Shown here one piece after another: positions 1 through 10,082 of a stretch of DNA of 64,000 bases. A program made the translations under genes and the position numbers. The notes beneath the pieces were generated by a model, which made no database searches, was not told where the DNA came from, and was given only the letters and a program-made list of their open reading frames with translations. The stretch covers positions 1-64,000 of the forward strand of contig JBFOMH010000002.1 in NCBI GenBank assembly GCA_040830765.1, in the 5' to 3' direction. The DNA is from Puniceicoccaceae bacterium. GTDB lineage: Bacteria; Verrucomicrobiota; Verrucomicrobiia; Opitutales; Oceanipulchritudinaceae. Every line of letters starts with the position of its first letter. Positions within the stretch are counted from its first letter, which is position 1.

Positions 1-40
1 ACGGCGGCGGGATGTTTGATGATTTCCAGTGGCATGGTGC

Positions 41-883
41 TTATCCTTGTAGTTCCTTGTCGAGTATGGGCAGGGCGGAAGAGAAAAGGCTGGTTACCTT
101 CTGAATCGTTTCGCGGGCCGTCCGGGCCACGTCTTCGTGCGAAAGCGGCACCCCTCCGAGGTGGGCGGCAACGTTGGTGATGCAGCTGATACCCGCCACC
201 CGCAGGCCGCTGTGGCGGGCCACAATGCATTCCGGCACGGTCGACATCCCGACCGCGTCGGCCCCCAGTTGCTGGAACATGCGAATCTCGGCCGGCGTCT
301 CGAAACTTGGTCCGCTGACGGCAAGGTAGATGCCATCCAGCAGGGACACTTCGGCCTCCATGGCGGCTTTCCGGAGGCATTCGCGCAAAACGGGATCATA
401 GGCGGCGGTCATGTCAGGGAACCGGGGTCCGAAGCTATCCATGTTGGGACCGCGCAAGGGATGATCCCCCATGAAGTTGATATGGTCCTGGATGACCATC
501 AGGCCGCCTGGATAAAAGCCCTCCGTGATACCCCCTGCCGCATTGGTCAGGAGGACCCCATGCAACCCGAGCTCGGAAAAGACCCGCATTGGCAGGGTCA
601 CAGCCTCCAGGCTGTAGCCCTCGTAGTAATGGAAGCGCCCCTGCATGCAGTAGACGGGCACCCCGGCCATCCGGCCCCAGACCAGCCGCCCGGCATGGCC
701 CTCGACGGTGCTGACCGGAAATCCGGGTATATCCCCGTAGGCCAACTCGCCCTCGATCTTCATCAGTTTATCGACAACCGGCCCCCAGCCGGAGCCGAGG
801 ACAATCGCCAGCCGGCGCTTGGCGTGACCTTTGTCATGGGAGCGGATCGTCTCCGCCGCTGCTTCTATTTCCTTCAGGGACAT
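41..883 (-). CDS. punA: Purine-nucleoside phosphorylase (trimeric PNP-I type)
   Basis: VLGSGWG, STVEGHAG, MQGRFHYYEG, GPSFETPAE and VGMSTVPE motifs. Confidence 0.93.
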   Translation of the reverse strand: MSLKEIEAAAETIRSHDKGHAKRRLAIVLGSGWGPVVDKLMKIEGELAYGDIPGFPVSTVEGHAGRLVWGRMAGVPVYCMQGRFHYYEGYSLEAVTLPMRVFSELGLHGVLLTNAAGGITEGFYPGGLMVIQDHINFMGDHPLRGPNMDSFGPRFPDMTAAYDPVLRECLRKAAMEAEVSLLDGIYLAVSGPSFETPAEIRMFQQLGADAVGMSTVPECIVARHSGLRVAGISCITNVAAHLGGVPLSHEDVARTARETIQKVTSLFSSALPILDKELQG

Positions 884-889
884 GGTTCG

Positions 890-2200
890 TTAAACAAGTT
901 TCTTTTGTATCCGTTTTTTCGCGACAACAGGATCCGGTGAAAAAACGAAGGCCGCCTCAACCTGGCGCACCCACTCCTCCTCACGCATCGGATCGGCATG
1001 ATGGATTCGCGCCAATATATCACCCGGCTCAAGTTTTTCCCCGACACAGGCCAGCGAGGAAATGCCGGCAGAATGGTCCACGGTGTCATCGGCATTGCGC
1101 CGACCAGCTCCCGTCTCCAGAACCACTTCAGCAATCCTGCGGGCGTCAATGTCCGCCACCCAGGCGGCCTGCGGTTCCTCAAAGAGGAGGTCTACCGTAC
1201 AGGGCGCCTGTGGCAGGAGGGACGAGTCCTCGATGACATCCGCGTTACCCTCCTGGGCGAGGATCATCTCCCGGAAGCGCTCCAATGCCGCACCGCAGGC
1301 CAACTGCTCTCCGGCAATTGCCCGGGCAGCCTCGAAGTCCGGGGCCAGCTCGGCCAGCTCCAGCATGCCGGCCACCAGGTCGACAATGAAGGCGGTCAGT
1401 TCATCCGGTCCTTCGTTTTTCAAAATGGCGATACACTCCTCGACTTCCACAGCGTTGCCGACGGCCCGCCCCAGAGGCGTGTCCATGTCGGTCAACCAGG
1501 CGGAGACGCGGCAACCGGCCGCCTTACCAAGATCCACCATCAAGCGGGCCAGGGATTCCGCCTCCGCTGGATCCTGGAGGAAGGCCCCCCGGCCGAATTT
1601 GACATCCAGCAAGAGGGCATCAATGCCCTCGGCCAGCTTCTTGGAGAGGATGCTGGCCGCGATGAGCGAGGGATGTTCCACCGTGGCGGTTTCGTCCCGT
1701 GTTGCGTAAAGAATGCGATCAGCCGGAGCGATGGACTCGGTCTGTCCGGCAATGACACAGCCAATGCGGTTGACCTGCTTGCGGATCTTGTTGGCTGGCA
1801 GAAAGACATTGAAACCGGGAATGCTTTCCAGCTTGTCCAGGGTGCCGCCGGTATGCCCCAGTCCGCGTCCGCTGAGCATCGGGACAGCCAGTCCGCAGGC
1901 GGCAGCCAGGGGTGCCAGGACCAGGGAAATCTTGTCCCCCACTCCACCCGTGGAATGCTTGTCCGCCTTGGGAGCGGCGATGCCCTCCATGTCGAGCAAC
2001 TCACCCGAGTGGAGCATGCCGTCGAGCAACAGGCGGGTCTCATCCAGATCAAGTCCGCGCTGGAAGATCGCCATCAGCATGGCGCCGGCTTGCGCACGGG
2101 ACCATTCGCCGGAGACAACACCACTGAGGAAAGCATCCATCTCGGCAGCCGAGAGGGTTCCGCCATCACGCTTTTTCCGGATCACTGACTGGGGATTCAT
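890..2200 (-). CDS. pdp: Thymidine/pyrimidine-nucleoside phosphorylase
   Basis: IRKKRDG N-terminus, DKHSTGGVGDK, SGRGLGHTGGTLDKLE, SILSKK; start trimmed to ATG at 2200. Confidence 0.93.
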   Translation of the reverse strand: MNPQSVIRKKRDGGTLSAAEMDAFLSGVVSGEWSRAQAGAMLMAIFQRGLDLDETRLLLDGMLHSGELLDMEGIAAPKADKHSTGGVGDKISLVLAPLAAACGLAVPMLSGRGLGHTGGTLDKLESIPGFNVFLPANKIRKQVNRIGCVIAGQTESIAPADRILYATRDETATVEHPSLIAASILSKKLAEGIDALLLDVKFGRGAFLQDPAEAESLARLMVDLGKAAGCRVSAWLTDMDTPLGRAVGNAVEVEECIAILKNEGPDELTAFIVDLVAGMLELAELAPDFEAARAIAGEQLACGAALERFREMILAQEGNADVIEDSSLLPQAPCTVDLLFEEPQAAWVADIDARRIAEVVLETGAGRRNADDTVDHSAGISSLACVGEKLEPGDILARIHHADPMREEEWVRQVEAAFVFSPDPVVAKKRIQKKLV

Positions 2201-2207
2201 CCGCGCC

Positions 2208-2236
2208 ATCTTGGGTGCGGAATTTGGAGGGGTCAA
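2208..2236 (-). promoter_or_regulatory. Candidate sigma70-type promoter, leaderless geometry (pdp)
   Basis: TTGACC-N17-CAAGAT then 7 nt to ATG 2200. Confidence 0.5.
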
Positions 2237-2261
2237 CCGTAAGTCAAGCGCTGGGAGCGCC

Positions 2262-4307
2262 TCAGGTATTCACCCCGACAAGGAACTGGATATTGGTCGT
2301 GGTCTTCTTGATCCGGGTGATGAGCATCTCCATCGCATCGGTCGGCGGGACGCCCTTCATGGCCCGGCGGAGGCCGTAGACCTTCTGCATTTCCTCAGGA
2401 TGGTAGAGCAGTTCCTCCTTCCGGGTACCGCTCTTGTTCATCTCGATGGCCGGGAAGATACGCTTGTCGGACAAGGCGCGGTCCAGGTGCAGCTCCATGT
2501 TGCCGGTCCCCTTGAATTCCTCGAAGATGACCTCGTCCATGCGGCTGCCGGTCTCCACCAGCGCCGTGCCAAGGATAGTCAGGGATCCGCCGCCCTCGAT
2601 GTTCCGGGCGCTGCCAAAAAAGCGCTTTGGCTTTTGCAGGGCATTGGCCTCGACACCCCCGGAAAGGATCTTGCCGCTGTTAGCCGCGAGGGCGTTGTAG
2701 GCCCGGGCCAGGCGGGTGATGGAATCCAGCAGGATAATCACGTGCTGGCCGTTCTCGACCATCCGTCGCGCTTTCTCGATGACCATCTCCGCACAGTGGA
2801 CATGGTTTTCCGGGGTCTCGTCAAAGGTAGAGGCAATGACTTCGCCGCTGGTTATCTGGCGGCGGAAGTCGGTCACTTCCTCAGGACGCTCATCGATGAG
2901 GAGAACAATCAGGTGGGCATCCTCCTTGTTAATCGCCACCGCATTGGCCACGCCCTGCTGCAGGATCGTCTTACCGGTCCGCGGGGGTGCCACAATCAGG
3001 CCGCGCTGGCCAAGGCCGACCGGAGTCAACAGGTCGACTACCCGCATGGCGGTGTTGTCCCATTTCACCTTGGGCTCGGTCTCGAGGATAATCCGTTCGG
3101 TTGGATAATAGGGGATGAGGTCCTCAAACGGGGTAACTTCCAAGTTCTCTTCAGGACTCTTGCCCATCAGGGAGACGACCTTGACCACATAGGGACAAGT
3201 CTCCTCGTCGGCCTCAATATCCTGCACAAAATCGTTCTCCGGGAAGAGGGCGGAGAGAGCTTCACTAGCCAAATCCTCCTCGACATCCTCGGGGATGGCA
3301 TCGGTTGCTTCACCCCCGCTTCCAGCCGTCTTCAATTGAGCCAACGCATCCTCTGGCAATGCCTTCCGGCGCGGGTGCAACTGGGCCTCAATGACCGTGC
3401 CCGGCTTGATGGCGAACTTCTTCAGGAAGAGACGAGGAAGAAAGGCGCTGGCCGGGCGAATCTGGTAATTATCCGACTGATACACGACAAGCCCGTGCCC
3501 ATCATCCTGAATGTCGACAATGCCGCGGCAATGAATCGGCTGGTTGCGTTCCATGGCCGCATCAAGAATTGCCTCGATAAGCGACTGGCGGGCTGTCTGG
3601 CCCTTTTCAGGCAAGCCATATTCCTTCTGTCCCCACTCCCTTAACTCCAGGAAAGGCTGCTGCAGGAGTTCGTCCAGGTAAAGGGGTTCCTGTTTGGAAT
3701 CCGTAATGGTGGCAGCCAGATCATCCAGTTTCTCGAGGGTCCGGAAAACCTCCAACCCGGGAAGGTCGCCCCACTCCGCCGCCGGTGCTGCTTCGCGCTT
3801 CTGCTTGCGCTGGCGCCGATCCGTATCACGCCCGCGGCGCTTGGGCTGACGCTGCCCCTTCTTTGGCTGGTTCTGTTGATTCTGACCTTTCCTCTGCCCA
3901 CCCTGCTTGTAGGGCTTCTGCTTGAAATCCCGACTGCGCTGCTGCTTGCGCGGAGCCTTGGTCTCCTCTTCGGCGGCCTTGGCGGGCGCATCAGTCTGCT
4001 CCTTTTTGGGTTCAGGGATTGGCTCAGCCGGTTTTGGCTTTCCGCTCAGGTCATCGTCATCGGTGGAGAAAGACTGCGGAACATCCTCGGCGACAGGTGG
4101 CGGCTTGGGGACACTGATGGAGGCTTTCTCCTCCGGACCAGCCTCGTCAGCTTTGGACTTGGCCGCCTTCTTGGCTGCCCGCTTGCGGGTGGCCTTTTTG
4201 GCTACCCGTTTGCGGGGAACCTTCTTGGCGGGAGTCGCATCGTTGGATTCGGCAACATCCGTCAGGCTGTTGTCATCAAAGGAAAGATCAGATTGCTCGG
4301 AACTCAT
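2262..4307 (-). CDS. rho: Transcription termination factor Rho with long N-terminal extension
   Basis: [60 protein letters not shown]. Confidence 0.96.
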   Translation of the reverse strand: MSSEQSDLSFDDNSLTDVAESNDATPAKKVPRKRVAKKATRKRAAKKAAKSKADEAGPEEKASISVPKPPPVAEDVPQSFSTDDDDLSGKPKPAEPIPEPKKEQTDAPAKAAEEETKAPRKQQRSRDFKQKPYKQGGQRKGQNQQNQPKKGQRQPKRRGRDTDRRQRKQKREAAPAAEWGDLPGLEVFRTLEKLDDLAATITDSKQEPLYLDELLQQPFLELREWGQKEYGLPEKGQTARQSLIEAILDAAMERNQPIHCRGIVDIQDDGHGLVVYQSDNYQIRPASAFLPRLFLKKFAIKPGTVIEAQLHPRRKALPEDALAQLKTAGSGGEATDAIPEDVEEDLASEALSALFPENDFVQDIEADEETCPYVVKVVSLMGKSPEENLEVTPFEDLIPYYPTERIILETEPKVKWDNTAMRVVDLLTPVGLGQRGLIVAPPRTGKTILQQGVANAVAINKEDAHLIVLLIDERPEEVTDFRRQITSGEVIASTFDETPENHVHCAEMVIEKARRMVENGQHVIILLDSITRLARAYNALAANSGKILSGGVEANALQKPKRFFGSARNIEGGGSLTILGTALVETGSRMDEVIFEEFKGTGNMELHLDRALSDKRIFPAIEMNKSGTRKEELLYHPEEMQKVYGLRRAMKGVPPTDAMEMLITRIKKTTTNIQFLVGVNT

Positions 4308-4328
4308 TATAAATGGTGGCGATTGTGG

Positions 4329-4907
4329 CTATGCACCGCGCAGTCGCTTCATGATCCATTCCACCTGCTCCTTGAGATGTTCCCGGGTGCCGTTGTTGTG
4401 GATCACGATGTCAGCCTTTTGCATTTTCTCCTCCAGGCTGAGCTGACGCTTCTTGCGGTTTTCTATGTCAGATTCAGTCATTCCTCTGGCCTTGAGGCGT
4501 TTTAACTGCACCTCCGGATAGCTGCCCACACAAATGGTTGTTGAGAAGTGGCCTTGGAGATCCTTTTCGAACAATAAGGGTATTTCGACGATCAGGACCG
4601 GGTGCTTCTCATGCAACTCCCGCATCCAATACTCACGGACACGTGGATGAACAAGCGATTCCAAAAGGGCTAAGGCCTTGGAATTATTGAAAACGGTAGC
4701 AGCCAGCCGGGCCCTGTCAACCTTTCCTTCATCATCGAGAACGCCCTTTCCAAAGGCCTCGGCGATGGAAGCAATCAACTCTGTATCCGTCTGCAAAAGC
4801 TCTCGCACGACGGCATCCGTATCCAGCACGGCCGCTCCCGCCTGGCGGAAAAATTCAAGGACGGTCGACTTACCGCAACCGATTCCCCCTGTCAGTCCAA
4901 CGTTCAT
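4329..4907 (-). CDS. coaE: Dephospho-CoA kinase
   Basis: GLTGGIGCGKST P-loop, LESLVHPRV, EIPLLFE; start at ATG 4907. Confidence 0.93.
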   Translation of the reverse strand: MNVGLTGGIGCGKSTVLEFFRQAGAAVLDTDAVVRELLQTDTELIASIAEAFGKGVLDDEGKVDRARLAATVFNNSKALALLESLVHPRVREYWMRELHEKHPVLIVEIPLLFEKDLQGHFSTTICVGSYPEVQLKRLKARGMTESDIENRKKRQLSLEEKMQKADIVIHNNGTREHLKEQVEWIMKRLRGA

Positions 4908-5045
4908 GGATGCATGCTCCGGCACCAACGCGGTGCCATGGACCAAGTTGGTGAAGCTTCCACCCCCGCCCTTCAAGCAAAATCAATCGGGCTCATAAAT
5001 GATTTGCCCATTGGTGGCTTTTTTTCCATCTTTCCACCACATCAG

Positions 5046-5924
5046 ATGGCTGCTGAATTTACCCTCCATTCCATTCCCACGAACGACCCCAAGGCCGTGA
5101 CGGAAGCCGTGGCTGAGATAGGCCAGGCCTGCTTTCCGGAGCAAAAGCTGGACCGGATCCGCGCCCTGATGACAGCTGTAGATGATCTTTACCAGGGAAA
5201 GATTCATCCTTATCAGGCCAGCGACATGGCCTATCACGACTTCGAGCATACCCTTCAGGTCACCTTGTGCTGGGCCCGCATGTTCAAGGCGCTCAAGGAG
5301 CACAAGCCGGAGTACCCGGTCGTTTATGCGGACTTTCTGCTCGGTATTGCCGCCTGCCTTTTGCACGACACCGGCTATCTCAAGGAAAAGGATGATCCCA
5401 CCGGCACCGGGGCCAAGTACGTCCTCATCCACGAACATCGCAGTTGTCAGATTTCCAGGCGCTTCCTGATGCGCCAGGAATGGCCGGACTCCGCCATATC
5501 GGTCGTCCAGCGCTTGATTGCCTCAACCGGTCCACGGGCGGTCATTGACGGCATTCCCTTTATCACGCCCACCGAAAAGACACTGGCCCAGATGCTGGCT
5601 ACAGCGGATTTCCTGGCCCAGATGTCCGATCCCGCCTACCTCGACAAACTGCCTTCCCTTTTTGAGGAATTCGAGGAATTTGATCGTCTCCGCGGCCTCA
5701 GCAATACGGAGCGGCCTTTCCCCAACCTCGATACCCTTGTCTCCAGCACGCCCCAGTTCTGGTACCAGTTTGTCCTGCCTCGCCTGAAAGGGGATTACAA
5801 TAGCGTCTACCGCCTCCTCAACAATCCCTTTCCGGATGGCGAAAACATCTATTTAAAGCAGGCCGAGGCGAACATCGATGCCCTGCAGCCCAAAGCGGAA
5901 GCAGAGGACAAGGGCCAGGAATGA
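5046..5924 (+). CDS. HD-domain metal-dependent phosphohydrolase
   Basis: YHDFEHT, LLHDTGY, HEHRS and ADFLAQMSDP motifs; ATG 5046 follows TTGCCC-N17-CATCTT. Confidence 0.75.
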   Translation: MAAEFTLHSIPTNDPKAVTEAVAEIGQACFPEQKLDRIRALMTAVDDLYQGKIHPYQASDMAYHDFEHTLQVTLCWARMFKALKEHKPEYPVVYADFLLGIAACLLHDTGYLKEKDDPTGTGAKYVLIHEHRSCQISRRFLMRQEWPDSAISVVQRLIASTGPRAVIDGIPFITPTEKTLAQMLATADFLAQMSDPAYLDKLPSLFEEFEEFDRLRGLSNTERPFPNLDTLVSSTPQFWYQFVLPRLKGDYNSVYRLLNNPFPDGENIYLKQAEANIDALQPKAEAEDKGQE

Positions 5925-6673
5925 GGAAGTTTGTTTCCATTGCCGCCTGCCTGGTCCTCTTCGGCTGCACCACCGGGCCGACCTTTTTTTCAGAAAGCTA
6001 CCTCGCCAACATGGCCGCGGTGGAGTTTTCCAAGCTGAAGGAGCAGATGCCGATCTCCGATGATCGGGAAGGTACGGCCATGGTCAACCGGGTCAGCTTG
6101 CGCATTGCTGAGGCTCTCGGACCGGATATGCCCGAGGCCGAGTGGGAATTCATCCTTTTTGAAGATGAGTCTGCCAATGCCTTTGCCATGCCGGGTGGTA
6201 AAATCGCCGTCTTTACGGGCCTTCTGGAACACGTCGATTCGGATGACGAACTGGCGGCGGTCATCGGGCATGAAATTGCCCATGTCCAGCTGCAGCACGC
6301 CAACCAGCGGATGTCGGCCGAGGTCATTCGCGGGCTTGGGGCTGTCGCGGCGGTTGTCGTGACCGACGACATGGACTCTTCGGACCGGAACATGATTTTG
6401 GCCGCTTACGGGATCGGGTCACAAGTTGGCGTTATCCTCCCCTACAGCCGACATCACGAGTCGCAATCCGATCGCCTGGGCCTGATGATTGCCGCGCGGG
6501 CCGGCTTTGACCCCCGGGCAGCGATTACTTTCTGGGAGAAAATGGGCCAGGCCAATCCGGCCCGGATGCCCGAGTTTCTCTCCACTCACCCCAGCAGCGA
6601 GACTCGCATCCGGGAACTGCAGGAAGCCATGCCGGACGCGCTGGCGGTGTACAAGGCGGGTCTAAATCCATAA
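5921..6673 (+). CDS. M48 family zinc metallopeptidase, lipoprotein
   Basis: Lipobox LFGC, NAFAMPGG, HEIAH, YSRHHESQSD, FLSTHP. Confidence 0.9.
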   Translation: MRKFVSIAACLVLFGCTTGPTFFSESYLANMAAVEFSKLKEQMPISDDREGTAMVNRVSLRIAEALGPDMPEAEWEFILFEDESANAFAMPGGKIAVFTGLLEHVDSDDELAAVIGHEIAHVQLQHANQRMSAEVIRGLGAVAAVVVTDDMDSSDRNMILAAYGIGSQVGVILPYSRHHESQSDRLGLMIAARAGFDPRAAITFWEKMGQANPARMPEFLSTHPSSETRIRELQEAMPDALAVYKAGLNP

Positions 6674-6751
6674 AAACCCTGCCTCTATCGGGGCTCGGGG
6701 TATGTTTTGCGTTGACGAGGAGGGGCCAAAACCAACAGATACTCAGGCTCC

Positions 6752-6904
6752 ATGAGCGTGCTCTTGCTCACGATATTCCTCAGCCTTTTACTAGTCACCC
6801 TCTTTATTGCCCTCTTTATCGGGGAGCGGCGCAAGAAGGGCTTTGGAAGTTCCGAGCAGGATGCCCTGCTTCCCTTCGGGGATGAAGACCCTCGTGGCGA
6901 CTAA
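6752..6904 (+). CDS. ccoS: CcoS/FixS-like cbb3 oxidase assembly protein (50 aa; not in ORF track)
   Basis: Read by hand: MSVLLLTIFLSLLLVTLFIALFIGERRKKGFGSSEQDALLPFGDEDPRGD; one TM plus acidic tail, ends 9 nt before ccoN. Confidence 0.7.
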   Translation: MSVLLLTIFLSLLLVTLFIALFIGERRKKGFGSSEQDALLPFGDEDPRGD

Positions 6905-6913
6905 TAACCAAAA

Positions 6914-9262
6914 ATGTGCAGTATGAGTTCTTCCAATATTTCCAGGAAGGTCATCGAGTATGATGACCACTATGTAAGGCTGTTTACACTGGCCGGTATC
7001 ATCTGGGGCGCCGTCGGCATGGTGGCCGGTCTCTTCATCGCGCTTCAACTGAACTTCTCGTTCCTCAATTTCCAGATGGAATGGCTTAGTTTCGGTCGCT
7101 TGCGGCCGCTGCACACCAATGCGACCATCTTCGCCTTTGTCGGCAACATGATGTTCGCCGGAGTCTACCATTCCACCCAGCGGCTCTGCAAGACGCGTAC
7201 CGCCAGCGATCTGCTGACCGCCATCCACTTCTGGGGCTGGCAATTCATCATTGTCTGTGCGGCGATAACCCTGCCCCTCGGCCTGAGCCAGGCCAAGGAA
7301 TACGCGGAGCTCATCTGGCCCATCGATATCCTCGTAGCCGTTGTCTGGGTCATTTTTGGAATAAACTTCTTCTGGACCCTCGCCCGCCGCAATGAGCCCA
7401 CCCTCTACGTAGCCATCTGGTTCTACATCGCGACCATTGTCACGGTGGCGATGCTCTACGTGGTCAACAATATCTCCATCCCGACGGCCCTGGTACACAG
7501 CTACCCGATCTTCGGAGGGGTCAAGGACGCCCTTGTCCAGTGGTGGTACGGCCACAACGCCGTGGCTTTCTTCCTGACCACCCCGATCCTCGGGATCATG
7601 TACTACTACATCCCGAAAGTGGCCAACCGGCCGGTCTACAGTTACCGGTTGAGTGTGGTTCACTTCTGGTCGCTGGTTTTCATCTACATCTGGGCCGGCC
7701 CACACCACCTCCTCAACACCGCCCTGCCCCACTGGCTGCAGGCCCTGGGGATGCTCTTCTCATTGATGCTCTGGGCCCCCAGTTGGGGCGGAATGCTCAA
7801 CGGTCTCCTGACCTTACGTGGGGCCTGGGACCAGATCCGGCGGGATCCAGTCCTCAAGTTCTTTGCCGCCGGGGTCACCTTCTACGGGATGGCCACTTTC
7901 GAGGGGCCGCTGCTCTCCATCCGGGCGGTCAATTACCTCAGCCACTACAGTGACTGGACCATCGGGCACGTCCACTCGGGCACCCTTGGCTGGAATGGTT
8001 TCATGGCCGCCGCCTTGTTTTATTACCTGGTCCCGCGTCTCTGGAAGACCAAACTCTACTCGGAATCGCTGGCCAACATGCACTTCTGGCTCGGTTTTGT
8101 CGGAATTCTCCTCTACGTGGCCTCCATGTGGGCCAGTGGCATCACCCAGGGCCTGATGCTCAACGCAACAGTCGAAAACGGGACGGTCCTCCGCTATCCC
8201 GATTTTGTCGAGACACTGAATTCCATCCGTCCCCTGATGCTCGCCCGTGCCTTTGGCGGCGGCCTCTATGTGGTTGGGTGGGTCCTCCTCATTTATAATA
8301 TTTTCCGCTCCATCGCCGGCAAGGAAACCGTCAACGGGACCATTACTGTCGAGGTCGAGGACATCGAGGAAACAAGGGAACTCGAAGGCACCATCAGCCT
8401 CCCAGACACATTCTTCAATTTCCCCATGTTCTACTCGGTCGCCGTGATCCTCGGCATGTGCCTCTGGTTCTTCGGGGGCGGCCTCATCATGCTGGCTGGT
8501 GTCAGCATGACGATTTTCTTTTCCCTCATCGCCATCGTCCACTTCCAGGCCACCAGCGCCAAGTGGAGCGACTGGTATGAGAGGCTGATCGGCAACTGGG
8601 CTCCCTTTACCATCCTTGTGTTTATCTCTGCAGCCATCGGGGGCATGATCCAGATCATCCCCACCCTTGTGGTGCAGAACGCCGAAAATATCGAGGGCCG
8701 GGTCCAGGTTCCCTACACGCCGCTGGAGCTGGCCGGACGCGACATCTATATCTCCGAAGGATGCTTCAATTGCCATAGCCAGATGATCCGCACCATCAAG
8801 CCGGATGTCCTCCGCTACGGCGATTATTCACGCCTCGGTGAATCGATCTATGACCATCCCTTCCAATGGGGATCCAAGCGAACCGGACCGGACCTTGCCC
8901 GGGAAGGTGGAAAACGGCCCAATGTCTGGCACTATGACCATATGGAGGAGCCGAAGAAGATTTCCCCCGGCTCGAACATGCCACCTTATCCATGGCTGCT
9001 CGAAAAGACGGTTGATTTCAGCAAGCTGCCCGGCAAAATCGCCGCCATGCGCCTGCTGGGCGTGCCCTATCCGGAATGGACGGACGAGGAGATCATCGAG
9101 AATGCAGAGGCCCAGGCCGCCGTCATTGTTGCCGATCTGGAGTCCAACTACCGCGCCACGGAAACGGACCGGCAGATCATCGCCCTCATCGCCTACCTGC
9201 AGAAACTGGGCATATCGGAAACCGCAACCGAGGCCGTGGCCCGAGTCGAAGCAGCCCAATAG
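6914..9262 (+). CDS. ccoN: cbb3-type cytochrome c oxidase, fused subunits I and II (CcoN-CcoO)
   Basis: GRLRPLHTN, WWYGHNAV, WAGPHH, WTIGHVH; C-terminal EGCFNCHSQMIR and WGSKRTGPDL. Confidence 0.96.
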   Translation: MCSMSSSNISRKVIEYDDHYVRLFTLAGIIWGAVGMVAGLFIALQLNFSFLNFQMEWLSFGRLRPLHTNATIFAFVGNMMFAGVYHSTQRLCKTRTASDLLTAIHFWGWQFIIVCAAITLPLGLSQAKEYAELIWPIDILVAVVWVIFGINFFWTLARRNEPTLYVAIWFYIATIVTVAMLYVVNNISIPTALVHSYPIFGGVKDALVQWWYGHNAVAFFLTTPILGIMYYYIPKVANRPVYSYRLSVVHFWSLVFIYIWAGPHHLLNTALPHWLQALGMLFSLMLWAPSWGGMLNGLLTLRGAWDQIRRDPVLKFFAAGVTFYGMATFEGPLLSIRAVNYLSHYSDWTIGHVHSGTLGWNGFMAAALFYYLVPRLWKTKLYSESLANMHFWLGFVGILLYVASMWASGITQGLMLNATVENGTVLRYPDFVETLNSIRPLMLARAFGGGLYVVGWVLLIYNIFRSIAGKETVNGTITVEVEDIEETRELEGTISLPDTFFNFPMFYSVAVILGMCLWFFGGGLIMLAGVSMTIFFSLIAIVHFQATSAKWSDWYERLIGNWAPFTILVFISAAIGGMIQIIPTLVVQNAENIEGRVQVPYTPLELAGRDIYISEGCFNCHSQMIRTIKPDVLRYGDYSRLGESIYDHPFQWGSKRTGPDLAREGGKRPNVWHYDHMEEPKKISPGSNMPPYPWLLEKTVDFSKLPGKIAAMRLLGVPYPEWTDEEIIENAEAQAAVIVADLESNYRATETDRQIIALIAYLQKLGISETATEAVARVEAAQ

Positions 9263-9286
9263 GTCAATTGACGTTTAACCGAATCG

Positions 9287-9481
9287 ATGTTCAAGAGAGT
9301 CCAATTCGAGGAATGGCAGGCGATTATCACAACCGTCGCCTTCTTCATATTCTTCAGCGCCTTTCTTTTCGTTTGCTGGCGCGCCCTGCGCATGAGCAAG
9401 CATGAGCGCAACCACCTTTCCAACCTTCCACTAGAGTCCGAAAACAACCCGGAAGCGACCAGCCATGAGCGATCCCAATAA
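9287..9481 (+). CDS. ccoQ: CcoQ-like small subunit
   Basis: 64 aa with a single TM, between ccoO and ccoP; SNLPLE tail. Confidence 0.7.
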   Translation: MFKRVQFEEWQAIITTVAFFIFFSAFLFVCWRALRMSKHERNHLSNLPLESENNPEATSHERSQ

Positions 9482-10049
9482 GAAATACGACGATAAGCTC
9501 CGTCCCCACGTTTACGACGGAATCCAGGAATATGACAACCACCTGCCAAACTGGTGGCTATGGTCCTTTTACGGTGCCATCATCTTTTCCGTGATCTACT
9601 GGTTTTCCTTCTACGACGCGGAGATCATGAAGTCTGACACTGATATCGTCGATGCCCAGATGGCGGAGGTGGAAGAGATCCGCTTGGCGGCAATCGGGGA
9701 TATTAATAGTGATGCCCTCTGGCAGATGAGCCGCAATCCGGGTTTTGTTGAGTCCGGCCAGGTAATTTACATGGAGAAGTGCGCTGCCTGCCATGGTCCC
9801 GACCTCAAGGCCGGCGGTGGCCTGGCCGGGGTTAACCTGGTCGATGCCGAATGGATATGGGGCAACCAACCGATGAGTATTTATGAAGTGGTGACAAACG
9901 GTTCCCCCGACAAGACCAAGGGCATGCAGTCCTGGGTCGCGGAGCTGGGTCCGAAAAAAGTCAGCCAGGTGGTGGCATATGTCTTGAGCTATCACACTGA
10001 GGAGGATATGGCTGAAGCAACAACCCTGAACACACCGGTGGGCCTCTAG
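9465..10049 (+). CDS. ccoP: cbb3-type oxidase subunit III, single heme-c motif
   Basis: HVYDGIQEYDNHLPNWW N-terminal motif; one CAACH. Confidence 0.9.
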   Translation: MSDPNKKYDDKLRPHVYDGIQEYDNHLPNWWLWSFYGAIIFSVIYWFSFYDAEIMKSDTDIVDAQMAEVEEIRLAAIGDINSDALWQMSRNPGFVESGQVIYMEKCAACHGPDLKAGGGLAGVNLVDAEWIWGNQPMSIYEVVTNGSPDKTKGMQSWVAELGPKKVSQVVAYVLSYHTEEDMAEATTLNTPVGL

Positions 10050-10082
10050 GGCCTGCCTGCCGCAGCCGCGGCACTTGCCACG

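Noticed and set aside
9263..9272. Palindrome GTCAATTGAC after ccoNO as an FNR site
   Set aside because: Does not match TTGAT-N4-ATCAA spacing and lies inside the operon; no FNR box was seen upstream of ccoS either.
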